Part shown: positions 1 to 11,730 of the stretch, piece after piece
Layout: each line of letters begins with the position of its first letter
How positions within the stretch are numbered: the first letter of the stretch is position 1
Assembly: GCA_964035575.1 (NCBI GenBank)
Contig: OZ037836.1
Location: 1,550,001 to 1,614,000, forward strand
Reading direction: 5' to 3'
Length of the DNA: 64,000 bases
Source of the DNA: Rhynchopus sp. YZ270_cl-10
Taxonomy: Eukaryota
Translations under genes and position numbers: made by a program
The notes under the pieces: generated by a model
Told to the model about the DNA's origin: nothing
What the model saw: only the letters and a program-made list of their open reading frames with translations
Database searches by the model: none

Positions 1-369
1 TTTTTAGGAGTCAGTTTACTGTAAGCAGTAACCATGATATTTTTCCACTAAAAATATCTTGCGACCCCGCAATTTTCTCAGCAGGACACCGAAAGTTGAT
101 TTCAGCACATTTCAGGGGGCGGAGGAAATACATGGCATGCCTTAGAAACGTGGTGACCTGTGCATAATAATTTTACATATCAGCAGAAATATGAAACCGA
201 GTATACTTTCCCCTGGTTTTTGGTACAAACTTAAAGTCACGCATTTTTTGCTAAAAAAATTGTCCGACCCCGGAATTTTTTCAGATCGCTCCGGAAATGC
301 ATCAGAGGCCCTTTTTGCGGGGGGGAAATACACACCAGGCGCCTGAAACGCAAGTATACGTTGATATAT

Positions 370-435
370 ACTCAGGCGTGCCTGAGGCGTACTTAAACGT
401 AACTAATCCCGAGTACGCCTCAGGCACGCCTCAGT
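370..435. repeat. Inverted repeat/hairpin of CCTCAGGC/GCCTGAGG motifs (possible TIR relic)
   Basis: ACTCAGGCGTGCCTGAGGCGTACT (370-393) vs AGTACGCCTCAGGCACGCCTCAGT (412-435): reverse complement with 1 mismatch; further motif copies nearby. Confidence 0.6.
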
Positions 436-1348
436 GACGCCTCAGGCACGCCTCAGATATATTTTCCAGATACGAGTATTTTCAGGCGTACCCGGCCTCG
501 TTGCATTGTATGACGTGTATTGTGATATATTTTGCTGTATTTTGCATTTTGCATTTTGCATTTTGATATATTTTGATGCATTTTGATGTATTTTGATGCC
601 ACACATACATCACAATACTTTACATGTAGATGAGGAGACAATTGTAAATGACTTCTCGAGTCCGCATTGCACTTCGCGGTTACCCCCAAGGGAAGACACC
701 CTTCTTCAGAAGCCAGGTAGAGAATGCTGCCCCCCACCCCCGCCCCCTCTACACTGTCCACGTAGATCCCCCCACTACGTAAGGAGATCTGATGACGCAA
801 GGCAAGTCGTTCTCCCAAAGCAATGGCATTGGATGGGGCACGTGCGCGTTTACGAACTGGGCCATGCTTGCGCTTAGGGTCCCCGCTATTCGCCGAGCGG
901 TTGTGAACCGCCTCCGTTCTCTTACGGTACGCCCCACCCTTTGCCTGAGCTCGGCTGAGAAGCGTTTTAGCACGTTTTTCAACTACTCTTTATTTTGCAA
1001 TTTTGGGTGATCTGTCAACGGGGAGATGTTTTTTTAACTAGCTCTCAGTGGCGTCTCACAGACTCTGACATGCTCTCAAGCTTTCACAGCTTGTTGCGTG
1101 TCTCACGGAGACGATGCTGCCGATCACCCAAATTTATTGCGCGGAACTCGGCAATGCCGATCTGCGCACTTTCGACAAAAAACCAAAAATAATACGAAAT
1201 TACCTAGGTTACGGGGCTGAGGTGTTGAAGGCACCTGAAATTGACACCTAACCTGACAACACTAATCTACAATACTTCTGGCAAGACCACGCCCGTAGGG
1301 AGTGCTGATATTCCACTAACACACTTCAACGCAGGTGGGGGGTGTCTC

Positions 1349-4300
1349 ATGTTATGCGCTGTGTTGTTGGCATGTGTCCACACCTCCTTGGTGCCGTGTG
1401 TTGCCAGCGGGTCTGCTTGTATGTATCAGCTTTCGTTCACGGGCACGCAGTATGGGGTGAGCTTTTCGCATGATGGGGTGTGGGTAGCCGGTGGCGGTGT
1501 GACGAAGGAAGTTGCGGTGTTCCGCACTGACGACGGCACGGCCGTCACGACGCTCGCCTTCCCTTCTGAAGTCGATGCAGTTGAGTTCTCCCCCATGGGC
1601 GGGCAGCTTGCTGTTGTCTCGGGTGCTGACGTCGTCGTCGTCTCGACCGACACATGGACCACACTGCACACCCTCAGCGCAACCACCCCCAACGCCCAGG
1701 CGTACTCCCCAGACGGGACGCAACTCGCAGTTGCATCTGTAGAGGATGCGAGCCTATTCGACGCTGTGTCTGGTATCCGGGTGATGAAGTTTTCTGGGCA
1801 CAGTGCTGCGGTGATTGCGGTTGCGTTCTCACCAGACGGTGCGGAGGTAGTGACCTGCGATGCAACGACGGTGCGCATATGGTCTGTAGCAGGGGTGGAG
1901 AGGCTGGCGTTTGGTGTGGCAGATGTGCGTTCTGTGGTGTGGACAGCAGATGGGGCGCTGATAGCGACAGGATGTGGTGACGGATCCTTGGTGATGTGGT
2001 CAGCGGGTGACGGCTCTCTTGTGCGCAGCGTGAACGGTGTGTCCCCCGTGGTCGCCCTGGCCGCAGCACCCATCCGTGCGCAGCTCGCAACGCACTTCAG
2101 CATGATGATCGTGCTGTACGACACTGTCGCGCAGAAGAGCGACGCCGTCTACCTGGGGCACACAGCAGACGTGTGTGCGCTGGTGTACTCCAGAGATGGT
2201 ACGCGTGTGGCCTCGTCTGCGAAGGATAGGACAATCAGGGTATGGAAGGTGTCCTCACCAAAGACGGATGCACCACCGACATTAGCACCACCGACTGTTG
2301 CGCCACCAACTGTTGCACCGCCGACATTAGCCCCACCGACCGTTGCACCACCTACATTAGCACCACTGACCGTTGCACCACCGACTGTTGCACCACCAAC
2401 ATTAGCACCACCGACCGTTGCGCCACCGACTGTTGCGCCACCAACTGTTGCACCACCAACATTAGCACCACCGACCGTTGCACCACCGACTGTTGCGCCA
2501 CCAACTGTTGCACCACCAACATTAGCACCACCGACCGTTGCACCACCGACCGTTGCGCCACCGACTGTTGCGCCACCAACTGTTGCACCACCAACATTAG
2601 CACCACCGACCGTTGCACCACCGACTGTTGCACCACCGACTGTTGCGCCACCAACTGTTGCACCACCAACATTAGCACCACCGACCGTTGCACCACCGAC
2701 TGTTGCACCACCGACTGTTGCGCCACCAACTGTTGCACCACCAACATTAGCACCACCGACCGTTGCACCACCTACATTAGCACCACTGACCGTTGCACCA
2801 CCAACTGTTGCACCGCCAACATTATCACCACCAACTGTTGCGCCACCGACATTAGCCCCACCGACTGTTGCGCCACCAACCGTTGCACCACCGACATTAG
2901 CACCACCGACCGTTGCGCCACCTACATTAGCCCCGCCAACATTAGCCCCACCGACCGTTGCCCCGCCAACATTGTCACCACCCACATTGGCTCCACTAAC
3001 TGCGTCGCCACCGACGCCAGCGCCACCTACAGTTGCACCTGCAATATTGGCACCGTCAACCAACACAGTATCGCCACCAACACCAGCACCATTCACCACT
3101 GCACCAGCAACGTTAGCGCCACCAACTGCGCCACCACCAACAGTTGCACCACCAACTTCAGCACCACCAACTGTATCACCACCAACACCAGCAACGTTAG
3201 CGCCACCAACTGCGCCACCACCAACAGTTGCACCACCAACTTCAGCACCACCAACTGTATCACCACCAACACCAGCAACGTTAGCGCCACCAGCTGCGCC
3301 ACCACTGACCACTGCACCGGCAACACTGTCACCATCAACTCCAGCACCATTGACACCTGCACCTTCCACGTTAGCCCCTCCGCCAACTGTATCGCCACCA
3401 ACACCAGCACCGTTCACCACTGCACCGGCAACGTTAGTGCCACCAACTCCACCACCATTGACCACTGCACCATTAACTTCCTCACCACCAACACCGGTGC
3501 CGTTCACCACTGCACCTGTCACGTTAGCACCACCAACAGTTGCACCACCAACTTCAGCACCACCAACTGTATCGCCACCAACACCAGCACCGTTCACCAC
3601 TGCACCAGCAACGTTAGCGCCACCAACTGCGCCACCACTGACCACCGCACCGGCAACACTGTCACCATCAACTCCAGCACCATTGACACCTGCACCTTCC
3701 ACATTAGCCCCTCCACTGTCTGCAACTTCAGCACCACTAACCGTATCGCCACCAACTCCACCACCATTGACCACTGCACCATTAACTTCCTCACGACCAA
3801 CGTCAGCGCCGTTCACCACTGCACCGACAACTTTGCAAACTTCATCGCCATTGACGACTGCATCCGCCACATCAGCACCGCCAACGTCAGCACCCACCCC
3901 ACCGCCACCCCTGTACAACACACCTACACTGTCGCCCGCCTCTCTGCACTTCACGACACATACCCAACCGCCTGCGGAGATTCTCCCATCACCATCCCCA
4001 CCCCAAAGCAACACGACCCTCGCGATTCCTTCTGTCGTGCACACCGGGCCGGAGGGTGTGGTGTACTCGATTGTCTCGCACGCGGCAGGTACCATTGCGG
4101 TGCTTACGGCACGCATGGAGTGCCTGAACGGAGGGGAGCCGGACGTGGCAGTGCCGTGGCTGTTGCACCCGACACGGCTGGAGGTCTTTGGCAGCATGCA
4201 CGCTGGGTGCGTGGTGGGGAACTTCCTGATCGTCAGCGTTTCGTCAGCGGTTCTCATCGTCGTCGCAAAGGTGTACTCCACATCCACCGCGGCACCCTCA

Positions 4301-5665
4301 GCCACCCCCTGGCAGGCTGCTGCCGCGTACTTCCGTTATCCATCCGTCTTCTCGTTGCTCCCCGCCTTCTTCCTTGCCGGCACACTCGACTCCACACTCA
4401 CAATCCTCTTTGCCGCAGAAGATGCAGACCACACAGCGCACACCTTCGTCGGCCTCTTCGGCCTGGCCGGCACCATCACCTTCTTCGCAATGCTTGCACG
4501 CAGTACACTGCCCTCCAGCTTTCAATCTACCTTGCGTAGCGTCGAGTTTACCGACAACACACGGGGAACGAAGTTCATACGGTACATCTTCGGTGGGGAG
4601 GTGTGGGTGAGCAAGGGGAGCAGTCTGCATTCGGAGCGTCTGGGGGTGTTGTTTGAAAACTATTCGGTTAGGCGTGGTGTATATGGCGCGTGGTTTACGC
4701 AGTACGGCAGGTATGTGTTGGTCGAGAGTGGCCAGGTGGCAGTCTTCGTGGCGATAGGAACCTACCGTGTCACGACCTGGTCTGGGTGTAGTACCAAGGC
4801 ACTTCTCCTGGCCTTTCTGTTCCTGCTTCTCACGATAGCAACGTTATACCAGGGGCCATTTCTTGCGCCGTTTCTGAACCAGCTGGTCGCCCTCTCGCAT
4901 CTCCTCTCTGCTGCTGGCATGGCTGTCTTCGCTGTTATCTTCGCGAATGAGGGGGGCTCTCCGGGGGCCCTCTTTTGCGCATCGTTTCTGCTGTTCGCTG
5001 GAATGCTGCTGGCGTATCTTCGTGGCGCATATGACTGCATGACATACATAATGGACCTTTATGGATACAGCCCAAAGCTCAGTTGCGAACACAGTGGAGG
5101 AGGGTACACCGAAGGTCTCCTTGAGGACGATACGTCAAGCGAACCATCTGACCTCTCCGACACAGCGTCGAACTGCACCCCTGCGCATACCCTCAACACA
5201 ACCTGCAACCTAAGTGACCTGGCACTGCGCACCCCTGCACTCCCCAGCCTCCCTCTCGGAGCAGCCTTGGTGCTCACACCAAGGCTACTCTCACCCCGAC
5301 TGCTCAGCCCAACAAGCGTTGCAGCATCTTCTGAGTCATTTGGAGGGTCGTGCGAGGACCTGACAGGGTTTGCGGCGCGGGAGTCAGGAGGGTCAAGGAA
5401 GGGGCGTACCGTAGGGTCCTTCAGCAGGAGGCATCCGCTGCAGCGTGGTGGTGTGCCGGGTGTGCCGGGTGGTGGTGGTGGTGTGGTTCCAGTGCCCGCG
5501 CTGGCCCCTCAGAGGTATGCGAGTCTAGGTGGGAGTGCTGGCAGCTGGCGACGTCGTGAACCGGCCTCTCCCCTCGGAAGCAGCCGGCGAGCCGTACGTC
5601 CTGCCTACGGCAGTCCACGTACAGCCGACAAGACAGAGCCAGCTTTCCAGATGGCGTCGTACTGA
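1349..5665 (+). CDS. Membrane protein: signal peptide, WD40 beta-propeller, Pro/Thr-rich stalk, multi-pass TM region, low-complexity tail
   Basis: ORF track starts at TTG 1241. First ATG at 1349 opens a hydrophobic leader (MLCAVLLACVH). WD40 motifs (GHSAAVIAVAFSPDG, GHTADVCALVYSRDG...DRTIRVW), (APPT[VL])n stalk, and many hydrophobic segments between about 4200 and 5030. Confidence 0.85.
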   Translation: MLCAVLLACVHTSLVPCVASGSACMYQLSFTGTQYGVSFSHDGVWVAGGGVTKEVAVFRTDDGTAVTTLAFPSEVDAVEFSPMGGQLAVVSGADVVVVSTDTWTTLHTLSATTPNAQAYSPDGTQLAVASVEDASLFDAVSGIRVMKFSGHSAAVIAVAFSPDGAEVVTCDATTVRIWSVAGVERLAFGVADVRSVVWTADGALIATGCGDGSLVMWSAGDGSLVRSVNGVSPVVALAAAPIRAQLATHFSMMIVLYDTVAQKSDAVYLGHTADVCALVYSRDGTRVASSAKDRTIRVWKVSSPKTDAPPTLAPPTVAPPTVAPPTLAPPTVAPPTLAPLTVAPPTVAPPTLAPPTVAPPTVAPPTVAPPTLAPPTVAPPTVAPPTVAPPTLAPPTVAPPTVAPPTVAPPTVAPPTLAPPTVAPPTVAPPTVAPPTVAPPTLAPPTVAPPTVAPPTVAPPTVAPPTLAPPTVAPPTLAPLTVAPPTVAPPTLSPPTVAPPTLAPPTVAPPTVAPPTLAPPTVAPPTLAPPTLAPPTVAPPTLSPPTLAPLTASPPTPAPPTVAPAILAPSTNTVSPPTPAPFTTAPATLAPPTAPPPTVAPPTSAPPTVSPPTPATLAPPTAPPPTVAPPTSAPPTVSPPTPATLAPPAAPPLTTAPATLSPSTPAPLTPAPSTLAPPPTVSPPTPAPFTTAPATLVPPTPPPLTTAPLTSSPPTPVPFTTAPVTLAPPTVAPPTSAPPTVSPPTPAPFTTAPATLAPPTAPPLTTAPATLSPSTPAPLTPAPSTLAPPLSATSAPLTVSPPTPPPLTTAPLTSSRPTSAPFTTAPTTLQTSSPLTTASATSAPPTSAPTPPPPLYNTPTLSPASLHFTTHTQPPAEILPSPSPPQSNTTLAIPSVVHTGPEGVVYSIVSHAAGTIAVLTARMECLNGGEPDVAVPWLLHPTRLEVFGSMHAGCVVGNFLIVSVSSAVLIVVAKVYSTSTAAPSATPWQAAAAYFRYPSVFSLLPAFFLAGTLDSTLTILFAAEDADHTAHTFVGLFGLAGTITFFAMLARSTLPSSFQSTLRSVEFTDNTRGTKFIRYIFGGEVWVSKGSSLHSERLGVLFENYSVRRGVYGAWFTQYGRYVLVESGQVAVFVAIGTYRVTTWSGCSTKALLLAFLFLLLTIATLYQGPFLAPFLNQLVALSHLLSAAGMAVFAVIFANEGGSPGALFCASFLLFAGMLLAYLRGAYDCMTYIMDLYGYSPKLSCEHSGGGYTEGLLEDDTSSEPSDLSDTASNCTPAHTLNTTCNLSDLALRTPALPSLPLGAALVLTPRLLSPRLLSPTSVAASSESFGGSCEDLTGFAARESGGSRKGRTVGSFSRRHPLQRGGVPGVPGGGGGVVPVPALAPQRYASLGGSAGSWRRREPASPLGSSRRAVRPAYGSPRTADKTEPAFQMASY
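2270..2995 (+). repeat. 15-bp coding tandem repeat (APPTV/APPTL, about 48 units), degenerating into longer Pro/Thr repeats to about 3900
   Basis: GCACCACCGAC(T/C)GTT / GCACCACCAACATTA units read directly. Confidence 0.95.
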
Positions 5666-7026
5666 GCGCAGTTTTCGTGTTGTGAGTTTTGTTGAAGTGT
5701 AGGCAATTTTATTTTGTTCTTTTCCTGTAGTCATATGCCGTTGCTAGTGTCTACGTTGTGGTCTTCATTGTTTGGCGTCGGGATGCCTGTATATTATGTG
5801 ATGTGTGTGGGCTACGCAGAGTCCGGTTGAAGTTTTTATGGGGGTTTTTTTTTGTTGTTGTGATCCTGTGAAGAAATCGCGGTTTGAGTTATCTCATTTA
5901 TTTTCTTTATTCCACTGGGAAATAAAGTATACGAAGGATTTGGCACTTTTAGCGGGATTCTTTTTAATGATAATTTCACGCAGTTTTTTTATCGCAAATT
6001 AAAAACCCGCTCATTGAACTTTATTTCACGCGTTTTTCACTTTTTTTCACTGCAATTCCTTCAGAGCGGGATTTTATTTTTGTTTTTTTTCACGCTAAAA
6101 CAGGGGTTTTATTTGGCGATAACTTCACGCTAAATTTTGGTACATCCTGCACCACCACCCACCTAAAAATTGAAAATTTCGAATTTTTTTTGCCCTTTTC
6201 CCATTTTTTTTCTGACACATGCAACATGCCGAAGGATGTAAGACGCAAACGGTCCTCCGACAGGAGATGGACAAGCACTACAGTGGTTTTGCTGAAGGAC
6301 TAGCATTGTCAACACCGTACGTCCGTGAATGGGACCGCTTTTTAAGGAATTCATTGGCAAGCCTGACGGTAAGCCCACGGAAGCCGACTTCGTTTCGTAC
6401 ATAGTGTATCTCCGTGACGATCTCACTATCAAGACGAAGGACACACCACCCCCTTTACTTCATTGTGAGGAAGGTGGTGGCTGGCATGATATTCTGTGAT
6501 GGGCGGGGATCTTCTGAATGTGTCTCGCTCTTGCACGACAGCCATTTCCCGACCTCCCGCTAGCACCCGAGGGGACACTGAGGTGGCGAAAATTTCACAA
6601 CAACTATGGGGAGGAAGCCGAAGACGTGGGTGATGAGGAACACGGAGGTCAGCATACAGGAAGAGGCAGACACTGCAATGGAGAACACGCTCGCAACAGC
6701 TTCATCAACCGCACACGAGAAGGAGTGCGTGAAGTGTTGCACATATGTTCGAGTCAAAGAGAACATAAAGAGTGCAGCCTAGCTCCTCTGCACCAACATG
6801 TGAGATTTTCACATCGCACATAGTACTTTAAACACCTACATGATACGGGGTAAGGGAGTATTTTTAAAATGGGGGTATTTTTCTGTAGTACCTACCCCCC
6901 ACCCACCCTCTGCCTCGCAAAACCACTCACCACGGGTTTATTATGACACACCACGTTTTCTCCTTCACACGTTCATCCATTTTTTCCATCTCAACTTTAT
7001 CAAATTTTGAATAAAATTACGTATTA

Positions 7027-7325
7027 CTGGGGGGGGGCGAATAAGAGATGTGGCATCTCTTATTAGGCGAACGGACGAGCCAAAAATAAAAAAATTTTTT
7101 TGGGGGAAAAAAAGCAAATAGACATTTTCGCCGGAGGCAAAAAAAAATTTTTGACCACTTTTTTGCCAGACCGGGTAGACAGGGTAAAATTTCAAAATGT
7201 TTTTTCAAGATAAAACCCTGTTGCATGCAAAAAAAAAAAAAAAAAAACCCCAAAATCTCAACCTGATCTCTTATTCGGCCCTAATCTCTTATTCACCCCT
7301 GATCTCTTATTCGCCCCCCCCCCAG
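7027..7325. mobile_element. MITE-like element with TIRs and TA flanks
   Basis: CTG(G)nCGAATAAGAGAT at left, ATCTCTTATTCG(C)nCAG at right; TA on both sides; extra subterminal ATCTCTTATT copies. Confidence 0.75.
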
Positions 7326-7466
7326 TAAATGAAAATCAGGCAGATTTTCACTTGTGGGTGACTTTTTCACTCGTTTCTATTACTCCACTCGCTTCGCTCG
7401 TGAAGTAAACCTCACTCGTGAAAAAGTCACCCACGCGTGAAAATCAAGCGATCTGATTTTCATTTA
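7326..7466. repeat. About 140-bp palindromic hairpin element with central CTCGCTTCGCTCG
   Basis: Arms TAAATGAAAATCAG...GTGGGTGACTTTTTCAC and GTGAAAAAGTCACCCAC...CTGATTTTCATTTA are reverse complements. Confidence 0.8.
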
Positions 7467-7557
7467 ATAAATAGTCATTATTTTTCCCAAAAGAAGAAAT
7501 CTTCTTTTTTTTTTTTTTTTTTTTTTCCAGATTTTACATAGATGGTAGACTAAAAAA

Positions 7558-7649
7558 AAGTCTGGCGAAAAGTCTGGCGAGAAAAAAAAGTCTGGCAGAG
7601 TCTGGCAGACTCCAGATTTTTTGAAAAGTCTGCCAGACTCTGCCAGACT
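7558..7649. repeat. AGTCTGGC motifs in direct then inverted orientation (foldback TIR-like relic)
   Basis: AGTCTGGC x4 followed by TGCCAGACT x2. Confidence 0.55.
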
Positions 7650-8629
7650 ACCATCTATGAATGATTTTTTGAAAAAAAGAAGAAAAAAAAAAAAAATCTT
7701 CCTGGAAGAAACTGTGATTTTTAGACTAAAAATCTTCAGTGCGAGAACCCTGAGCTCGAGGGGGGCGGTTTTTAGCACGTTTCAACTACTCTTTTTTTCC
7801 AGCACCTTCGTCCAACCGTGAGGTGTTTGTATTTTCAACTTTTCTTATTTTGTGTGCATACCAACGAAGTGCTCTCTGGGGATTCGATAACCCGCGTCCG
7901 CCGATGAACGGTGAGGCGTTTGCACTCTCAGCTACCTTTTTTGCCGTTTTTTATTGACTTTAGCCCTCGCGGAAACCCTGAACATCAGGCCAGGAGGGGG
8001 GAGGGAGGGAGGGACACATGAAACAGATCGTCCATGCAATGAATGTTATTGTATTACCACCTGTAGTGCACGTTACCTATACCCTCGTGGAGAGAGTGCG
8101 TGGATTGCTTCCGCAAGACCAAGAGACACACCTCTCTCATCAGGTAAAGAAGAGCGGGCACATGACCCTAATCCCCCCTCACAGACCCGCCATTTACATT
8201 GTGGGTGCTATTTCCGTTTCACGCTATTTATCTGGATCTGTATATTTTTTTTAAAAATTCTTTTTGGGGGGACTTTTCAAAAAAAACCCCAGGAAAGAAG
8301 AACCGGTGTGTTCCATACTCGCGAGAAGTTTAGCCTTTGAGAAAAAAAAGAGGTTTTTAAAATAAAAGTTGCTTTGAAGGGTTCAGGGGCGACTGACAGT
8401 TCATACTGAGGCGACTGTCGATACTACAAAAAAAAGGTCCACGATATAGCTCCCCTTTTAGTTATTTCGTGTTCTCAACACCTCCTGCAAAGCGTACTCC
8501 TTCTATTTGCTCTCTGTTAAGGATCCTGTGAAGACAAAATCGTGGCTGCTATCTAGTGATAGCAGCAGACCTAATACTAACCGTTGGTTCGTCGGTTCAC
8601 CCTTAAAAATGGGGTTTTTTTTGGGATGG

Positions 8630-8855
8630 CTGTGGAGATGATGGGAGGAGAAGCTGTGCCTGGCGGTGGGTACTTTCGTGCATTTGTCTGGCACCTCAGC
8701 TTGTCTGTGGTTGCAGCACGAGAGCACCTTTGGCGTTCTTCCTTGCGTGGGGTGGGTGGAGACAGCGTGGAGGCTGTGCGGGTTTCTTGTGCAGAACGTG
8801 GCAGGTAACGGTGCGTGAGAGGGGCAGGGGAAGGTGGGTTTGCTTTCGTGAGGAG
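8630..8855. repeat. Dispersed cassette of about 250 bp (other copies about 21175-21430, 24290-24580, 27610-27900, 30045-30340, 35165-35433), part of the duplicated gene-array unit
   Basis: Near-identical CTTTCGTGCATTTGTCTGGCACCTCAGCTTGTCTGTGGTTGCAGCACGAGAGCACC...GTGCGTGAGAGGGGCAGGG in six places. Confidence 0.85.
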
Positions 8856-9114
8856 GGAAGGGTTGGGCGTACAGCCGGTCATTGTACAAAGATGCACTGC
8901 CACGAGCGGGTTGTTGTGTTTCAAGTCAACGTACCTTTTGGAAGCAGTATTGCGCGTACTGCAGTGCACGGTAGAATGTGCATCTGTTTTGGGTGTTTCG
9001 TGTTCTTCCGATGTTCGCCAAACCCGCCGCAAAAACTTGACATTTCTATCCCCAGAGTGCATCCATGGGGCCAATGAGGGTTGTTGGGAATTTATTGGGA
9101 GGAATATACATAGC

Positions 9115-9285
9115 GCTCTAATTAGAGTGTTAGGGTATAATTAGAGTCTGGGGTTTTGGGCCAAGTTAGAGTCCAGTTAGAGTATAATTAGAGTCGCTTT
9201 TCTTTAATTAGACTATAATTAGAGTGCAGTTAGAGCATAATTAGACTCTAACTGCACTCTAATTATAGTCTAATTAGAGTATAAC
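9115..9285. repeat. Cluster of (AA)TTAGAG/CTCTAA motifs in both orientations (TIR-like relic)
   Basis: More than 10 TTAGA(G/C) motifs including palindromic CTCTAATTAGAG. Confidence 0.55.
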
Positions 9286-10570
9286 AACAGGCTTCTTGTA
9301 GGTGCAAACGCCTTACGGAATCGGTTCCCCTAAGGTTCCTCTGTAGGCACCAGGTGCCCAGGTACCCACATAGCTGAGAATAAGACTTGGGGACCAGGGA
9401 CCCGGTTATTCTCAGCAGGACTGGACAATATGTGTCAGCTATGGGTACCCAGGTACCCAGACTCGCGCAGTGGCACATGCCCTCAAGTGTGACCCACACA
9501 TGAGGGAATGCGACACCGCAAAAACTCTTCGTGCACCTTCGGTGCAATGCTGCAGACAGGACAAACAGCGTTGGACTCAGAGGAATGCCTGCTGTGCAGG
9601 TATCAAACCATGAGAACCAACTCCCAGCAACAAGGGGCGCCTTTTGGCGGGCGTTGTTGAGGGTGTTTGGGGTGCAAAGTTTTCCACAATTTTGATGCGC
9701 GGGTACAGAAGTGTTGTCTTGTTCTTTCATCTCTAGGAATGTAAATGCCAATCGGGTTTAACTATCACTAAGGGGTCGAAGGGGGTAATCCAAGTATCAA
9801 AGGTTGTGTCGACGGGAAAGCTATGAGTATACATTCATTTCATCCGCAGAATAACTACTTATGAACCCAGGAGAGATCCAAGCCTCGCGCTAAACCACCA
9901 CCCGCGATTGAATTAGATGTTACAAGAAAGAGAATTCCTAACAAAACAACACCCTGCCCCATACACACAGACCACCCACAAGGAGTGTGAATTGTGCACT
10001 GGTTTTCTGGGGGAACAAACAATATTTTCTTGTGTCTAGTCCTCTGCAAGCAGAGAACAGACTTTACACGCTGCGCACCACACTGAGTAACATGCGTTTG
10101 CATGCCGCTCTGCTTGGCACAATATGCTAGCATGTTGCTAACTGCATTTGCCTGCATTATTGGGCACCGCCACCCTCCACCTGGGCCAGCTACGCCACCG
10201 CCAAGAATCTGCTTCACCTTTTGCGGGGGGCTTCTTCGAACCTACTCACCACAAGGCTGTATGCGTGCATAGGACCAGCACATCTTCTTCTCCAGGGTGC
10301 ATGCTTCTGACGTCACCTTCACTGTGTGCGCAGTGCGTTCAAACGCATGCACGATGTCCACAGCTTGCGTAGTGTCCTCTGCAGAGCTGCGCACCAGGGC
10401 AGTCCCCTGACGCTGAACAGGTGTCTTGCAGCATTCACCTTTGCCAGCACCATGCCAACTGTGGCATGCTGTGTGGGGCGGTCTGATGAGCTGTTGCAAG
10501 TCTGCTGTCTGTCCTGCCGTAGCGCCCAGGGTTCAGGGTTGACACCCTGCACAAGAGGGTATATCTTGTC

Positions 10571-10600
10571 TTGTCCTCCACACCCCACCACCACACACAG
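10571..10600 (+). promoter_or_regulatory. Putative trans-splice acceptor (pyrimidine/CA tract ending CACACACAG), 29 nt before the ATG of every Ubl-LRR gene
   Basis: AG ends at 10600, 24752, 28073, 30730, 36040, 49430; ATGs at 10630, 24782, 28103, 30760, 36070, 49460. Confidence 0.55.
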
Positions 10601-10629
10601 AGATCAGAACACAAAACCACAACAAACAA

Positions 10630-10844
10630 ATGGACGTGCACTTCGAGGATTTCAGAGCGAATCAGCACACAGTCGAGGTGGGTGCAGATGACACAGTGGA
10701 GGGCTTGCGGCGGAAGGTGGCGTCTGCAATGGGGTTGCCTGAAGACAGCTTTTGCATGAATTTCGGAGGCGAAGCGATGGGAGAAGGAGCGGACATGACG
10801 CAGCTGAGTGCTGGTGACACAATCATCCTCACGAAGACGAAGAA
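10630..10844 (+). pseudogene. Ubl-LRR gene 1, 5' half (ubiquitin-like domain), interrupted by an insertion
   Basis: MDVHFEDFRANQHTVEVGADDTVEGLRRKVASAMGLP...GDTIIL nearly identical to intact paralogs; frame resumes after a TSD at 19408. Confidence 0.85.
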
Positions 10845-10918
10845 GGGGGCAATTAACGTCTGACCAACCGCCAAGTGGGGCCCCTGGACGCCGTGTTCGC
10901 ATGGTACTGAGTCAGCGT
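10845..10918 (+). ncRNA. Candidate HDV-like ribozyme at the 5' end of the insertion
   Basis: P1 GGGGGC/GCCCCT (G1-U), P2 CTGAC/GTCAG, P3 CC/GG with L3 GCCAAGT, P1.1 CC/GG, P4 GCCGTG-TTCG-CATGGT, J4/2 ACTGA; P2-P3 junction is non-canonical. Confidence 0.5.
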
Positions 10919-11484
10919 GGGCGGCCGCCTCTCCAATGATGGATTCGCTCGGGACCGGAGGAGGAACAAGCCGATGTGGGAACCCTGGTTATTAACACAA
11001 CATCACAGTCAATTTCGGGCAGATCACCAGCTTATGTAGGCTACGCAAACCCCTTCGAGGGGTTTCAAGGATCTGTTACCTGTGCGGTGACTGGGAGTGT
11101 GTTGATGCCGATGAGGGGATCCCAGGTACAAGAAGGAAGCGTTGCCGGTGTCTCTACTGGTGACGGAATATTGTTGCTGTTCCTGTGTTGTCGTTTGACC
11201 GCATGGGAACGTTTTGTTGCTTTGTTGGTGCGTACACTGTATGTGAAACAACTGTGGATCAGCAGGTACGTGCTCTTGTGTATTCAGTGTGGTGTGTTGT
11301 AGTTTTGTTCAGTTCAGTTCAGTTTTCATCTTTTTGCCGTAGTAGAATTCTTGTGTTATGTGTTTAACCTCAGGCTGTGTACACCGTAGTGAAACATCTG
11401 TGGATCTGCAGGTGCGTGCTCTGTCGTTAATTCAGTGTGGCATGTTGTAGTTTTTGGTCTGTTTTTACGTTTTTTTTTTTTTTT

Positions 11485-11730
11485 GGGAGATAGTCAGACT
11501 TACCCTACCCTATTTTGAAAAAGTTCAGACTTGCCCTAAAAATAAGTTCAGACTTGCCCGAAAATAAGTTCAGACTTGCCCTAAAAGTGTTTTTAGGGCA
11601 AGTCTGAACTTATTTTTAGGGCAAACACTTTTTTTAGGGCAAGTCTGAACTTTTTTAGGGCAAGTCTGAACTTTTTTAGGGCAAGTCTGAACTTATTTTT
11701 AGGGTAAGTCTGAACTTATTTTAGGGCAAC
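11485..11730. repeat. MULE left TIR built of about 20-23-bp AAGTTCAGACTTGCCCTAAAA units in both orientations
   Basis: Units read directly; orientation flips around AAAAGTGTTTT. Confidence 0.9.

Noticed and set aside
2149..4539. Long alternative ORFs (718 aa minus, 765 aa plus)
   Set aside because: Shadows of the stop-free 15-bp Pro/Thr repeat in the real gene
7867..7936. tRNA-like sequence on the minus strand (GGTAGCTGAGAG...GGGTTATCGAATCCC)
   Set aside because: T-loop has an insertion and no acceptor stem is evident; at most a tRNA-derived SINE remnant
11485..11730. Short repeat arrays (also 17750-17968, 18053-18695 and the LRR units) as CRISPR
   Set aside because: No unique spacers or cas genes; explained as TIRs, tandem repeats and coding LRRs in a eukaryotic context
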